Source: Geminicoccaceae bacterium | GTDB taxonomy: Bacteria > Pseudomonadota > Alphaproteobacteria > Geminicoccales > Geminicoccaceae | NCBI GenBank assembly: GCA_039808865.1 | Contig: JBDHTW010000014.1 | Coordinates: forward strand, 12-64,011 | Direction of reading: 5' to 3' | DNA length: 64,000 bases | Shown here: piece after piece, positions 1 to 9,419 of the stretch | Position numbering within the stretch: the stretch's first letter is position 1 | Layout of the letters: each line of letters opens with the position of its first letter | The notes under the pieces: model-generated | Told to the model about the DNA's origin: nothing | Databases searched by the model: none | Seen by the model: the letters and a program-made list of their open reading frames with translations, nothing else | Position numbers and translations under genes: made by a program

Positions 1-1
1 C

Positions 2-136
2 CGGCCGCAGCTGTTCGACCTCGCCACCGACCTCGGCGAGAACGACGACCTCGCCGCTGGCAACCCGGACGTGGTGACGAGCCTGGGCCAAGCCCGTGCC
101 GGCTGGCTGCAGACATTGGCACCACGGATTTGGTAG
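2..136 (+). CDS. Sulfatase family protein, C-terminal fragment (gene begins before window)
   Basis: Frame from nt 2 reads RPQLFDLATDLGENDDLAAGNPDVV...W*, matching the typical sulfatase C-terminal 'LFDL..DPGE..NLA...P.VV' motif; TAG at 134-136. Confidence 0.7.
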   Translation, partial: RPQLFDLATDLGENDDLAAGNPDVVTSLGQARAGWLQTLAPRIW

Positions 137-234
137 CTGCCCACCGGCCGAGTCCGGCACACCGCCTACACATCTTGCCCGACTGCTGCTAGCAGCAGGC
201 AAGGCCCACGGGCCGAACGAACCCAGAGGGCGGC

Positions 235-1149
235 ATGCTGATCGGGATCGATTGGGGTGGCACCAAGATCGAAGGCATCGCGCTCAGTCCCGCCGGGCAG
301 GAGCTGGCGCGGCTGCGTGAACCGACCCCGCGGCACGACTATCACCGCTGCATCGAGACGATCGTCGACATCGTCGCGCGGATCGAGCGGCAGACCGGGC
401 GATGCGGCAGCATCGGCATCGGCATACCCGGCTCGCTCGAGCCGCGCTCGCGGCTGGGGAAGGGCGCAAGTTCGACCTGGCTTCTGGGCAGGCCGGTCGA
501 GGACGATCTGCGCACGGCCCTGGGCCGCGCGATCCGGGTCGAGAACGATGCCGACTGCCTCGCTGCGTCCGAGGCGGTCGACGGTGCCGGAGCAGGGTTC
601 AACGTCGTGTTCGCGGTGATCCTCGGCAGTGGCGCCGGAGCCGGCATCGCCATCGGCGGCCGGGCGCATCATGGGCCGAACAACAGTGCCGGCGAATGGG
701 GCCACAACCCGTTGCCGTTCCCCGACGTCACCGAGCTTGCGGGCACCGCGTGCTATTGCGGCAAGCATGGCTGCATGGAGACCTGGGTCTCCGGGCGAGC
801 CTTCGAGGCCGCCTATGCCCGCCACACCCAGGAGAAGCTGCCGGCCAGGGAGATCATGCACAAGGTCGACGCCGGCGACCGACTGGCGGGCCTGATCTGG
901 GACCGCTACGTCGATCGCGTCGCCCGGGGCCTCTCCGTGGTCGTGAACACGCTCGATCCCGACATCCTGGTCATGGGCGGCGGGATGTCCAACGTCGACC
1001 GGCTCTATGCCGACCTGCCGGCGCGCTTGGCCCACTACACCTTCTCGACCGTGTTCGAGACACCGATCCGCAAGGCCGTGCATGGCGATTCGAGCGGGGT
1101 TCGCGGTGCGGCGTGGTTGTGGAAGAACGATGCCGGATGCTCTTCCTAG
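235..1149 (+). CDS. ROK family sugar kinase (fructokinase Mak/YajF-like)
   Basis: GIDWGGTK phosphate-1 motif, GIGIPG, ENDADC, EWGH and the Zn motif CYCGKHGCME. Confidence 0.9.
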   Translation: MLIGIDWGGTKIEGIALSPAGQELARLREPTPRHDYHRCIETIVDIVARIERQTGRCGSIGIGIPGSLEPRSRLGKGASSTWLLGRPVEDDLRTALGRAIRVENDADCLAASEAVDGAGAGFNVVFAVILGSGAGAGIAIGGRAHHGPNNSAGEWGHNPLPFPDVTELAGTACYCGKHGCMETWVSGRAFEAAYARHTQEKLPAREIMHKVDAGDRLAGLIWDRYVDRVARGLSVVVNTLDPDILVMGGGMSNVDRLYADLPARLAHYTFSTVFETPIRKAVHGDSSGVRGAAWLWKNDAGCSS

Positions 1150-1167
1150 CGCCGAGCCCTACAGGAG

Positions 1168-1962
1168 ATGACGATGGATGCCCCCGCCTTGCAGGAGCGG
1201 TTCGAGTTCGCTTCGGCGCTGATCGAGGAGGCCGGTGCGCTGGCGTTGGGCTACTTCCACCGCCTGGACACGCTGGAAATCAAGAGCAAGGGCATCCAGG
1301 ATGTGGCCAGCGAGGCGGATGTCGCCACGGAACTGCTGATCCGCGACCGGCTGCGGCAGCGCTTTCCCGAGGATGGCTTCCTCGGCGAGGAGACCGGCCG
1401 GGGCGAGGTCGAGGCGGCCGACGCCATCTGGGTCGTCGACCCCATCGACGGTACGCAGCCGTTCGTCAGCGGGATGAGCAGCTGGTGCATCTCGATCGCC
1501 CTGGTCGTCGATCATCAGCTGGAACTCGGCTTGGTCACGAGCCCGGCACGTGGCGAGCTGTTCGCCGGCCGACGCGGTGAAAGGGCCACCTTGAACGGCA
1601 GGCCGATCAGCGTGAGCGGCGCGACGCGGCTCGATCAGGGCATCGTCGCCGTCGGCTACTCGCCGCGCGTGCGCCCGGCGCAGTTCCTCCCGCTTTTCGG
1701 TCGCCTGCTCGACCAGGGCGCCATGTTCTATCGGGACGGTTCGGGGGCCCTGTCGCTGTGCTACGTCGCCTGCGGCCGCCTGATCGGCTATGTCGAGCCG
1801 CACATCAATTCCTGGGATTGCCTCGGCGCCATGGCGGTGATCGAGGCCGCGGGCGGCCGCTGCAGCGATTTCCTCGCCGCCGGCGGGCTGTGGAACGGCA
1901 ACCACCTGATCGCCGGGCCGACGGCGCTCTATCCCGCGCTCGAGGCGGCGTTCACGGGCTAG
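1168..1962 (+). CDS. Inositol monophosphatase family protein
   Basis: EADVATE, FLGEE, WVVDPIDGT and WDCLGA metal-binding motifs; AGGAG upstream (start may be ATG 1174). Confidence 0.9.
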   Translation: MTMDAPALQERFEFASALIEEAGALALGYFHRLDTLEIKSKGIQDVASEADVATELLIRDRLRQRFPEDGFLGEETGRGEVEAADAIWVVDPIDGTQPFVSGMSSWCISIALVVDHQLELGLVTSPARGELFAGRRGERATLNGRPISVSGATRLDQGIVAVGYSPRVRPAQFLPLFGRLLDQGAMFYRDGSGALSLCYVACGRLIGYVEPHINSWDCLGAMAVIEAAGGRCSDFLAAGGLWNGNHLIAGPTALYPALEAAFTG

Positions 1963-2333
1963 TCGCTGCAACCGCGCCCGGTGTGCGCAAGACGGGTACT
2001 GGGCCGGCGGCATGGGTTGCACCGCATCCACCGCCACAGGACTACGCTGTCCAAAAAGGGCATGCGCCAAGATCGGCTCGAATCGCGGTGCCGAGAGCCA
2101 TGCACGGCCGATTGGTGGCGTGCTGACTGCTTTTCCGTCCTACTTGGCATCGGCTCGGGCAGTCCGTGACAGATCTTGCCGGCATCATGCGGCACGGGAC
2201 CGGCGCTGTCGTTCTTTTCTGTCGGTCGATGGCGCCGATCGCTATGCTTATGGCGCTGCTGCTAAAGAAGGCAGATTCGACCCGTGCGATCGGTAGCTCC
2301 TTCGGACCCGGTCGAGATCGGACCCGGACGGAC

Positions 2334-2900
2334 ATGGCCGCGTCCGCAGGACGCGAATCGCAATATCCGGAGGCAAAGGACATCGCAAACGTGTCGACCG
2401 GGGGCAAACGGGCCATCCGCCAACAATATGCGGCGCTGCCGTTGACGGTCAGCGAAGATGGCGAGCGTCGGGTGCTCCTGATCACCTCGCGCGAGACCGG
2501 GCGTTGGATCATCCCCAAAGGCTGGGCCGAGAAGGGGGTGGAGCCGCACGTCCTGGCCGCCCGGGAAGCCTACGAGGAGGCCGGGCTCGAAGGCCAGATC
2601 GGCTCCGAGCCGATCGGCCGCTACCGCTACATGAAGTGGCTGCGCCGGAAGAAGCGGCCGAAATGGGTCTGGTGCGACGTCGCGGTCTTCGTGCTGCTGG
2701 TGCAGCGGCAGCTCGCCGACTGGCCGGAAAAGGGCCAGCGCGAGCGACGTTCCTTCGGCATGGCCGAGGCGGCTCGCGTTGCCGACGATGGTGGCTTGGC
2801 CCTGCTGCTGTCGGAGCTGGAGCCGCTGGCCGCATGGACGCGCACCAAGCCGGTCAACGAGTCGAGCGGCACCGTCCTGCCAACGTACGGTCCGACATGA
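2334..2900 (+). CDS. NUDIX hydrolase (DIPP/Aps1-like alphaproteobacterial type)
   Basis: QQYAALP...LLITSRETGRWIIPKGW...AAREAYEEAGL Nudix box; WPEKGQRERR. Start uncertain (ATG 2334 or GTG 2391 with a GGA-rich SD). Confidence 0.85.
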   Translation: MAASAGRESQYPEAKDIANVSTGGKRAIRQQYAALPLTVSEDGERRVLLITSRETGRWIIPKGWAEKGVEPHVLAAREAYEEAGLEGQIGSEPIGRYRYMKWLRRKKRPKWVWCDVAVFVLLVQRQLADWPEKGQRERRSFGMAEAARVADDGGLALLLSELEPLAAWTRTKPVNESSGTVLPTYGPT

Positions 2901-3331
2901 CCGCACGGTTATCGTCATGAGCGAAGTTCTCATTTCCGGCATGCGCATGGATCAGCGATACTCTGCTGGTCGGTGACGCCGACGACGCTGGGAGGGAGAG
3001 CAAGCAAATGACCGTCGAGCATATTGGCAGTTCTTGCCATTGCGCTACCGGAGATGACTTGGCGACTTCGCTCCGCCTTCCGGTGATTTTCTTGCAGCGC
3101 ACCAAAATCTTCCGTCCGCATCCTTATCGCCGTCCTTAGCCGCGACCGTCGCCCAGCCTGTTCGCCAGGCGGATCGATGGGCTTTCGGGCTCGGATGCCG
3201 CGCGGTCGCGGTGCGATCGGCGCATCCTGCGCTCTCGCTAGGCATCGAGACCGTCCCGATCCCCGTGCCGCCCGCCGCAAGGTCGGGCTCAGGCCAAGTC
3301 GAACTTCAACCTTGCATAGGCAGACGAGCTC

Positions 3332-5101
3332 ATGTCGCTTGCGGGCAAAGAAAGCGTGGTCGATCTGGTCGTCGTGGGCGCGGGCGGTGCCGGCATGGCC
3401 GCCGCGCTGTTCGCGGCGATCGCCGGCCTCGACGTGCTTCTGCTCGAGCGGACCGAGTTCGTCGGCGGCACCACGGCATTTTCGGGCGGCACCGCCTGGG
3501 TCCCCAACACGCATCTCGCGGCCACGGTCGGCAGCGAGGACAGCCGTGCGAACGCCGCGGCATTCTTGAGCCGCGCCGTCGGCCAGTACGGGAGCGAGGA
3601 GCTGCACCACAGCTTTCTCGAGAACGGTCCTGCGGCCATCGCCACCCTGGCGCAGCATTCCGAGGTCAAGTTCCGCGCCTACCCGCTCCATCCCGACTAC
3701 ATGTCCGAGCTCGACGGCTCGACGCTGTGCGGGCGGGCCCTCGAGCCCCTGCCGTTCGACGGCCGGCGGCTGGGCGACGGGTTCACGCTGATCCGGCCAC
3801 CGATCCCCGAGTTCACCGCACTCGGCGGGATGATGGTCGACCGTACCGACATCAAGCATCTGCTCAATTTCACCAGATCCTGGGCGTCGTTCTACCACGC
3901 CATGGGCCTGCTCGGCCGCCACGCCAAGGACCGGCTGCGCCATGCGCGCGGCACGCGGCTGGTGATGGGCAACGCTCTGGTCGCACGGCTGCTCTGCTCG
4001 CTGCGGCAACGTCGCGTGCCGGTCTGGCTGCGCGCCGAGGTCCACGAGCTGCTGCTGCAGGACGGCCGCGTCGACGGCGTGCGCGTGCAGCATGACGGCG
4101 GCACCCACCGCATCCGGGCGCGCCACGGCGTGATCCTGGCGTCGGGTGGCTTCAACCGTCACCCGCGCCTGCGCCAGGAGCTGCTGCCCTCCGCGCCGAC
4201 CCACACGCCAGGCGCGCCGGGGCACACCGGGGCAGCGATCGAGCTGGCGTTGCGCGCGGGCGCCCGCCTGGGCAACCGCAACCTCACGAACGCCTTCTGG
4301 GCGCCGGTCTCGGTCCGGCAGCGCCCGGACGGCAGCACGGCGGTATTCCCGCATTTCATCCTGGATCGCGCGAAGCCGGGCACGGTCATCGTCGATCACG
4401 CCGGCCGGCGGTTCGTCAACGAGTCGACCTCCTACCATCTGATCGGCCGCGCCATGCTGGAGGCGCACGAGCGGGCACCGACGGTGCCGGCCTACCTGAT
4501 CGCCGACGCGCGCGCGCTCAAGGCCTACGGTCTCGGCATGGTGCGTCCCGGCGGGCGCGGACTGAAGCCGCTGCTCGCGGACGGCTACCTGGTCCGCGCG
4601 CCGACGCTCGCCGAGCTGGCGCGCAAGCTCGAGATCGACGCCGCCGGCCTCACGGCCACGGTGACGCGGATGAACGAGTTCGCCCGCACCGGCCTCGATC
4701 TCGACTTCCACCGCGGCACCACCGCCTACGAGCGCAATCTCGGCGACCCGGCAGCCGCGCCGAATCCGACCATGGGCCCGATCGCGCAGGCGCCGTTCTA
4801 CGCGATCCGGCTCTACCCCGGCGACATCGGCGCCAGCGCCGGCCTCGTGACCGACGCCCAGGCCCGGGTGCTGACAGCCGGCGACCGGCCGCTCGACGGT
4901 CTCTACGCCGTCGGCAACGACATGAACTCGATCATGGGCGGCACCTATCCGGGGCCCGGGATCACCATCGGACCGGGTCTGACCTTCGCCTTCATCGCGG
5001 TGCAGGACGCCGCACGCCGGGCCGCGGGTACCGCTGCCGACAACCGCCGAGCGTCGGTGCCGGCCGGCCCGAGCAGCGTCAGGGAGAGGCAGCATGCTTG
5101 A
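3332..5101 (+). CDS. FAD-dependent oxidoreductase, 3-ketosteroid-delta1-dehydrogenase (KstD)-like, paralogue 1
   Basis: GAGGAG FAD motif, GGTTAFSGG, PDY, RFVNES.SY, GLYAVGND, GGTYPGPGITIGP. Confidence 0.85.
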   Translation: MSLAGKESVVDLVVVGAGGAGMAAALFAAIAGLDVLLLERTEFVGGTTAFSGGTAWVPNTHLAATVGSEDSRANAAAFLSRAVGQYGSEELHHSFLENGPAAIATLAQHSEVKFRAYPLHPDYMSELDGSTLCGRALEPLPFDGRRLGDGFTLIRPPIPEFTALGGMMVDRTDIKHLLNFTRSWASFYHAMGLLGRHAKDRLRHARGTRLVMGNALVARLLCSLRQRRVPVWLRAEVHELLLQDGRVDGVRVQHDGGTHRIRARHGVILASGGFNRHPRLRQELLPSAPTHTPGAPGHTGAAIELALRAGARLGNRNLTNAFWAPVSVRQRPDGSTAVFPHFILDRAKPGTVIVDHAGRRFVNESTSYHLIGRAMLEAHERAPTVPAYLIADARALKAYGLGMVRPGGRGLKPLLADGYLVRAPTLAELARKLEIDAAGLTATVTRMNEFARTGLDLDFHRGTTAYERNLGDPAAAPNPTMGPIAQAPFYAIRLYPGDIGASAGLVTDAQARVLTAGDRPLDGLYAVGNDMNSIMGGTYPGPGITIGPGLTFAFIAVQDAARRAAGTAADNRRASVPAGPSSVRERQHA

Positions 5102-5894
5102 GAACCTGAGCGGCGCGACCCGCGTCTATTTCATCATCGGCCACCCGATCGCCCAGGTGAAATCGCCGAACGGCGTGACCCGCACCTTCGAGGCCAGGGG
5201 GCGCGACGCCATCCTGGTGCCGGTCCACGTGCTGCCCGAGGATGTCGGCACCTTCATCGACGCCGTCGCGCGCACCCGCAACGTCGACGGCCTGATCGTC
5301 ACCGTGCCGCACAAGTTCGCCGCCCAGCGTCATTGCGCGACGCTGTCGGAGCGGGCGCAGCTGCTCACCTCGGTGAACGTGCTGCGCCGCAACGCCGACC
5401 AGAGCTGGCACGGGGACATGGTCGACGGCGCCGCCTTCGTCGGCGGCCTCCGCAATGCCGGATGCGCGCCCGCCGGCAAGCGCGCCCTTCTGGTCGGCGC
5501 CGGCGGCGCCGGCAGCGCCATCGGCCTCGAGCTGCTCGATGCCGGCGTCAGCCGGCTGGCGGTGCACGACGGGGACGTCCAGCGCCGGGACGCGCTGATC
5601 GCGCGCCTGGAGCAGCGCCATCCGGGCAAGGCGACGGCCGGCTCGGCCGACCCGACCGGCCACGACGTCATCGCCAATGCCACCCCGGCCGGCATGCGGG
5701 CCGACGATGCGCTGCCGGTCGACGTGACCAAGCTTCGCCCGACCATGTTCGTCGGCGACGTCGTAACCGTCCCGGAAGTCACGCCACTGCTGGCGGCGGC
5801 CCGCGACCTCGGCTGCCGGACGTCGACCGGCGTCGACATGTTCAAGGTCGTCAACGGTCTGATGGTCGATTTCTTCATGCCGTCGTCGAGCTGA
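5094..5894 (+). CDS. Shikimate dehydrogenase family protein (RifI-like), paralogue 1
   Basis: IIGHPIAQVKSP, VTVPHK, SVNVL, GDMVDG, GAGGAG, NATPAG; overlaps the upstream stop. Confidence 0.85.
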   Translation: MLENLSGATRVYFIIGHPIAQVKSPNGVTRTFEARGRDAILVPVHVLPEDVGTFIDAVARTRNVDGLIVTVPHKFAAQRHCATLSERAQLLTSVNVLRRNADQSWHGDMVDGAAFVGGLRNAGCAPAGKRALLVGAGGAGSAIGLELLDAGVSRLAVHDGDVQRRDALIARLEQRHPGKATAGSADPTGHDVIANATPAGMRADDALPVDVTKLRPTMFVGDVVTVPEVTPLLAAARDLGCRTSTGVDMFKVVNGLMVDFFMPSSS

Positions 5895-5959
5895 TTGCCG
5901 GACGACGGCGGGCGATCCGTCATTTCCTCGCATCAACCGGACAACAAGGGAGAACGTCC

Positions 5960-6979
5960 ATGCGCAGATTCGCTCTCAAGCTGCTCGCTACCGCCGCCGT
6001 GCTGGCCGTGGCGCTGCCATGCGCCGTCGGGCAGGCGGCCGACATCCAGGAGCGCACGCTGCGCCTCTCGGTCGCCGGCAACAAGGGCAACCCGCAGGTC
6101 GACGGCGCGGAGAAGCTGGCGGCGCTGGTCAAGGAGAAGAGCGGCGGCCTGATCACGATCAAGCTGTTTCCCGGCGGTGTCCTGGGGCCGGACCTGCAGA
6201 ACTACTCGGCCATGCAGGGCGGCACGCTCGACATGAACATCAGCAACGCCAGCTACCTCGCTGGCAACGTCAAGGAGTTCGCGGTCCTCGACTTTCCGTT
6301 TCTGTTCAACAATGTCGAGGAGGCCGATGCCATCGTCGACGGCCCGGTCGGCAAGAAGCTGTTCGACAAGCTGCAGGAGCGTGGCCTGGTCGGGCTGGCC
6401 TACACCGAACTCGGGTTTCGGCAGCTCAACAACAAGGAACGCCCGATCAACACGGCGGCGGATCTCGAGGGGCTGAAGATGCGCGTCATCCCGACGCCGC
6501 TCTACATCGAGTACATGAACGCGATCGGCGCCAATGCGGTGCCCATGCCCTACACCGAGACCTACACGGCGCTCGAGACCGGCGCCATCGATGGCATGAC
6601 CAATACTTTGCTCAACATGATCGACATGAAATTCTATGAGGTCGCACAATACCTCACCATCGACAATCACATGTACAATCCTCAGGCGATCCTGATCAGC
6701 AAGATCACCTGGGACAAGCTGTCGGACGACGAGAAGAAGATCCTGCAGGAGTCGGCGACGGAAGCCGCTCTCTATCAGCGGCAGGTCAATCGCACCGCCG
6801 GCGCCAAGGCGCTCGAGCGGCTGAAGGACGAGGGCATGGAAATCAACGAGCTGCCGGCGGAGGAGATCGCCAAGCTCAAGGCCAAGGCGCAGCCGGTGAT
6901 CGACAAGTACACCGCCGATGTCGGCCCGGAGCTCGTGGCCGAGCTCGATGCCGAGCTCGAGAAGCTTCGCAAGAACTAG
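5960..6979 (+). CDS. dctP: TRAP transporter substrate-binding protein (DctP family)
   Basis: Signal peptide, LFPGGVLG, LDFPFLF, LGFRQL, conserved carboxylate-binding Arg in GLKMRV, ALETGAIDG; SD AAGGGAG before ATG 5960. Confidence 0.9.
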   Translation: MRRFALKLLATAAVLAVALPCAVGQAADIQERTLRLSVAGNKGNPQVDGAEKLAALVKEKSGGLITIKLFPGGVLGPDLQNYSAMQGGTLDMNISNASYLAGNVKEFAVLDFPFLFNNVEEADAIVDGPVGKKLFDKLQERGLVGLAYTELGFRQLNNKERPINTAADLEGLKMRVIPTPLYIEYMNAIGANAVPMPYTETYTALETGAIDGMTNTLLNMIDMKFYEVAQYLTIDNHMYNPQAILISKITWDKLSDDEKKILQESATEAALYQRQVNRTAGAKALERLKDEGMEINELPAEEIAKLKAKAQPVIDKYTADVGPELVAELDAELEKLRKN

Positions 6980-6989
6980 CGTCGCGTGA

Positions 6990-7016
6990 CCGGGGCGGCG
7001 ACATCCGCCGCCCCGG
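6990..7016 (+). terminator. Perfect 11-bp GC hairpin after dctP with no U-tract (mRNA-stabilising or attenuating element)
   Basis: CCGGGGCGGCG-ACATC-CGCCGCCCCGG read directly from sequence. Confidence 0.6.
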
Positions 7017-7043
7017 CGCCGCCGTCGACCAGAAGGAAGTCCG

Positions 7044-8780
7044 ATGTCGACCACTACCCCCCAGGAGGCCACGACGTGCGATCTCCTGGTGATCGGCTCA
7101 GGCGCAGGTGGCCTGTCCGCCGCCGTGACGGCCGCGTGGCACGGCCTCAAGGTGATCGTGGCCGAGAAGGAGCCGGTGTTCGGCGGGACCACGGCCTGGT
7201 CCGGCGGCTGGATGTGGATTCCGGGCAACCCGCTGGCCAAGCGCGCCGGCATCGACGAGGATCCGGCGGCATTCCGGACCTACCTGCAGCACGAGCTGGG
7301 CAACCACTACGACGAGGCCATCATCGAGGCCTATCTGCGGACCGGGCCGGAGATGGTCACGTTCTTCGAGGAACATACCGCGGTTCGTTTCATCGACGGC
7401 AACCGCGTGCCGGACTTCCACGGCCGTACCCCGGCCGCCGGCACGGGCGGCCGCTCGGTCTGCGCCGCCCCCTATGATGGCAGGCAGCTAGGATCGCTGC
7501 TCGGCCGGCTGCGGCCACCGCTGACCGAGATCACCTTCATGGGCATGGGCATCGCCGCCGGGGCCGATCTCGGCCATTTTCTCAACGTCACCCGCTCGCT
7601 GCCGTCCGCGCTGCACGTGGCGCGCCGGTTCGGCAAGCACCTGATCGATCTCGCCCTGCATCGCCGCGGCATGCAGCTCGTCAACGGCAATGCGCTGGTG
7701 GCACGGCTGCTCAAGTCGGCGGCGGATCTCGGCGTCCAGCTCTGGGAAGCGGCGCCGGCCCAGCGCCTGCTCATCGAGAACGGCGCGGTGCGGGGCGCGG
7801 TCCTGGCGACGGCGGCGGGCGAGCGTACCGTGCACGCACGCCATGGCACCTTGCTGGCCTGCGGCGGCTTTCCGCACGACGCGGCGCGCCAACAGCGCCT
7901 GTTCCCGCATGCCGCCATGGGCCAGCGCCATTGGTCGGCGGCGCCACGCACCAACACCGGCGACGGCCTGCGTCTGGGCGAGACCGCCGGGGGCCACGTC
8001 GACGAGGCGCTGGCGGCCCCGGCCGCCTGGGCACCGGTCTCGCTCGTGCCCCGGGGCGACGGGACCTTCGGCCATTTTCCGCATCTGATCGAGCGGGCGA
8101 AGCCGGGGCTGATCGCCGTCAGGGCCGACGGGCGACGGTTCGCCAACGAGGCGGATTCCTACCACGACGTCATGGGGGCGCTGCTCGCCGCGACCGGGCC
8201 GGGCGAAGAGGTGGCCGCGTGGCTCGTCTGCGATCATCGCTTCCAGCGCCGCTATGGCCTGGGCTTCGCGAAGCCGGCGCCGCTGCCGCTCTTGCCCTAT
8301 CTGCGCTCGGGCTATCTCAAGCGCGGCGCCACGTTGGGCGAGCTTGCCCGCGCCTGCGGCATCGATGCGGCCGGCCTGGAGCAGACGGTGGCGACGTTCA
8401 ACCGTGATGCCGAGCGTGGCGAGGACCCGGCTTTCGGACGTGGATCGACGGCCTACAACCGCATCCAGGGCGATGCCGGCCATGGCCCCAACCCGTGCGT
8501 GGCGCCGATCGCGCAGGGGCCGTTCTACGCCGTGAAGATCGTGCCGGGCAGCCTCGGCACCTTCGCCGGGCTGCGCACCGACGCGTTCGCGCGCGTGCTC
8601 GGCCAGGACGGCCAGCCAATCCCGGGCCTCTATGCCGGCGGCAACGACATGGCGGCCGTGCTGGGCGGCACCTATCCGGCCGGCGGCATCACGCTCGGCC
8701 CGGCCATGACCTTCGGCTACATCGCGGCCCGCCATGCGGCGGGCCTCGCCGACCGCACCCATGCCGCCGCTGCGGCCTAG
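7044..8780 (+). CDS. FAD-dependent oxidoreductase, KstD-like, paralogue 2
   Basis: GSGAGG, GGTTAWSGG, RFANEADSY, GLYAGGND, GGTYPAGGITLGP. Confidence 0.85.
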   Translation: MSTTTPQEATTCDLLVIGSGAGGLSAAVTAAWHGLKVIVAEKEPVFGGTTAWSGGWMWIPGNPLAKRAGIDEDPAAFRTYLQHELGNHYDEAIIEAYLRTGPEMVTFFEEHTAVRFIDGNRVPDFHGRTPAAGTGGRSVCAAPYDGRQLGSLLGRLRPPLTEITFMGMGIAAGADLGHFLNVTRSLPSALHVARRFGKHLIDLALHRRGMQLVNGNALVARLLKSAADLGVQLWEAAPAQRLLIENGAVRGAVLATAAGERTVHARHGTLLACGGFPHDAARQQRLFPHAAMGQRHWSAAPRTNTGDGLRLGETAGGHVDEALAAPAAWAPVSLVPRGDGTFGHFPHLIERAKPGLIAVRADGRRFANEADSYHDVMGALLAATGPGEEVAAWLVCDHRFQRRYGLGFAKPAPLPLLPYLRSGYLKRGATLGELARACGIDAAGLEQTVATFNRDAERGEDPAFGRGSTAYNRIQGDAGHGPNPCVAPIAQGPFYAVKIVPGSLGTFAGLRTDAFARVLGQDGQPIPGLYAGGNDMAAVLGGTYPAGGITLGPAMTFGYIAARHAAGLADRTHAAAAA

Positions 8781-8798
8781 CACAAGGTGGACTTGCAG

Positions 8799-9410
8799 AT
8801 GCGCTATGAACTCGCGACCCTGGCCGTGAAGATGGGCTCGACCGCCAGCGTGGCGCAGGGCGTCGAGGCCTTCACGACCGCGGCCGAGGCCAAGGGCAAG
8901 CTTCTCGGCTGCTGGTTCTCGGACATCGGCGCGCTCAACCAGGTGGCGGTGCTGCGCGGCTTCGCCGACGAAGCTGAGCTCGCCGCCGAGCGCTGGCGGA
9001 CCCAGACCAGCGGCAACCCGTTCGGCTGCGCCGACATGCTGAACCAGATGACGCTGGAGAGCTACGCACCGTTTCCCGACCTGCCGCCGGTGCAGCCGGG
9101 CGCGTTCGGGCCCGTCTACGAGATCCGCTCCTACATCCTGAAGACCGGTGGCCTTCTGCCGACCTTCGAGGGCTGGGCGGAGAAGCTGCCGGCACGCACC
9201 GCGGTCTCGAAGCTGGTGGTCGCGATGTACGGCTTGGACGGGGCGCCGCGGATCACGCACATCTGGCCCTATGCCAGCATCGACGAGCGCTCGGCGCTGC
9301 GCGCGAAGTCGGTCGAGGTCGGCGCCTGGCCGCCGAAGAGTGCCGTATGGCTCACCCCCACCATGCAGTCGACGATCTACCTGCCGACCGCGATCTCGCC
9401 CCTGAAGTAG
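8799..9410 (+). CDS. NIPSNAP family protein (two-domain)
   Basis: Two repeats: YEL...GCWFSDIGALNQV and YEIRSY...ITHIWPY...R...R...WPP. Confidence 0.85.
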   Translation: MRYELATLAVKMGSTASVAQGVEAFTTAAEAKGKLLGCWFSDIGALNQVAVLRGFADEAELAAERWRTQTSGNPFGCADMLNQMTLESYAPFPDLPPVQPGAFGPVYEIRSYILKTGGLLPTFEGWAEKLPARTAVSKLVVAMYGLDGAPRITHIWPYASIDERSALRAKSVEVGAWPPKSAVWLTPTMQSTIYLPTAISPLK

Positions 9411-9419
9411 GCGATACCG

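Noticed and set aside
1967-2021. Imperfect hairpin after the IMPase gene (TGCAACC...GGTTGCA) as a riboswitch or sRNA
   Set aside because: The stem is interrupted, has no recognisable aptamer motif or U-tract, and is plausible by chance at this GC content.
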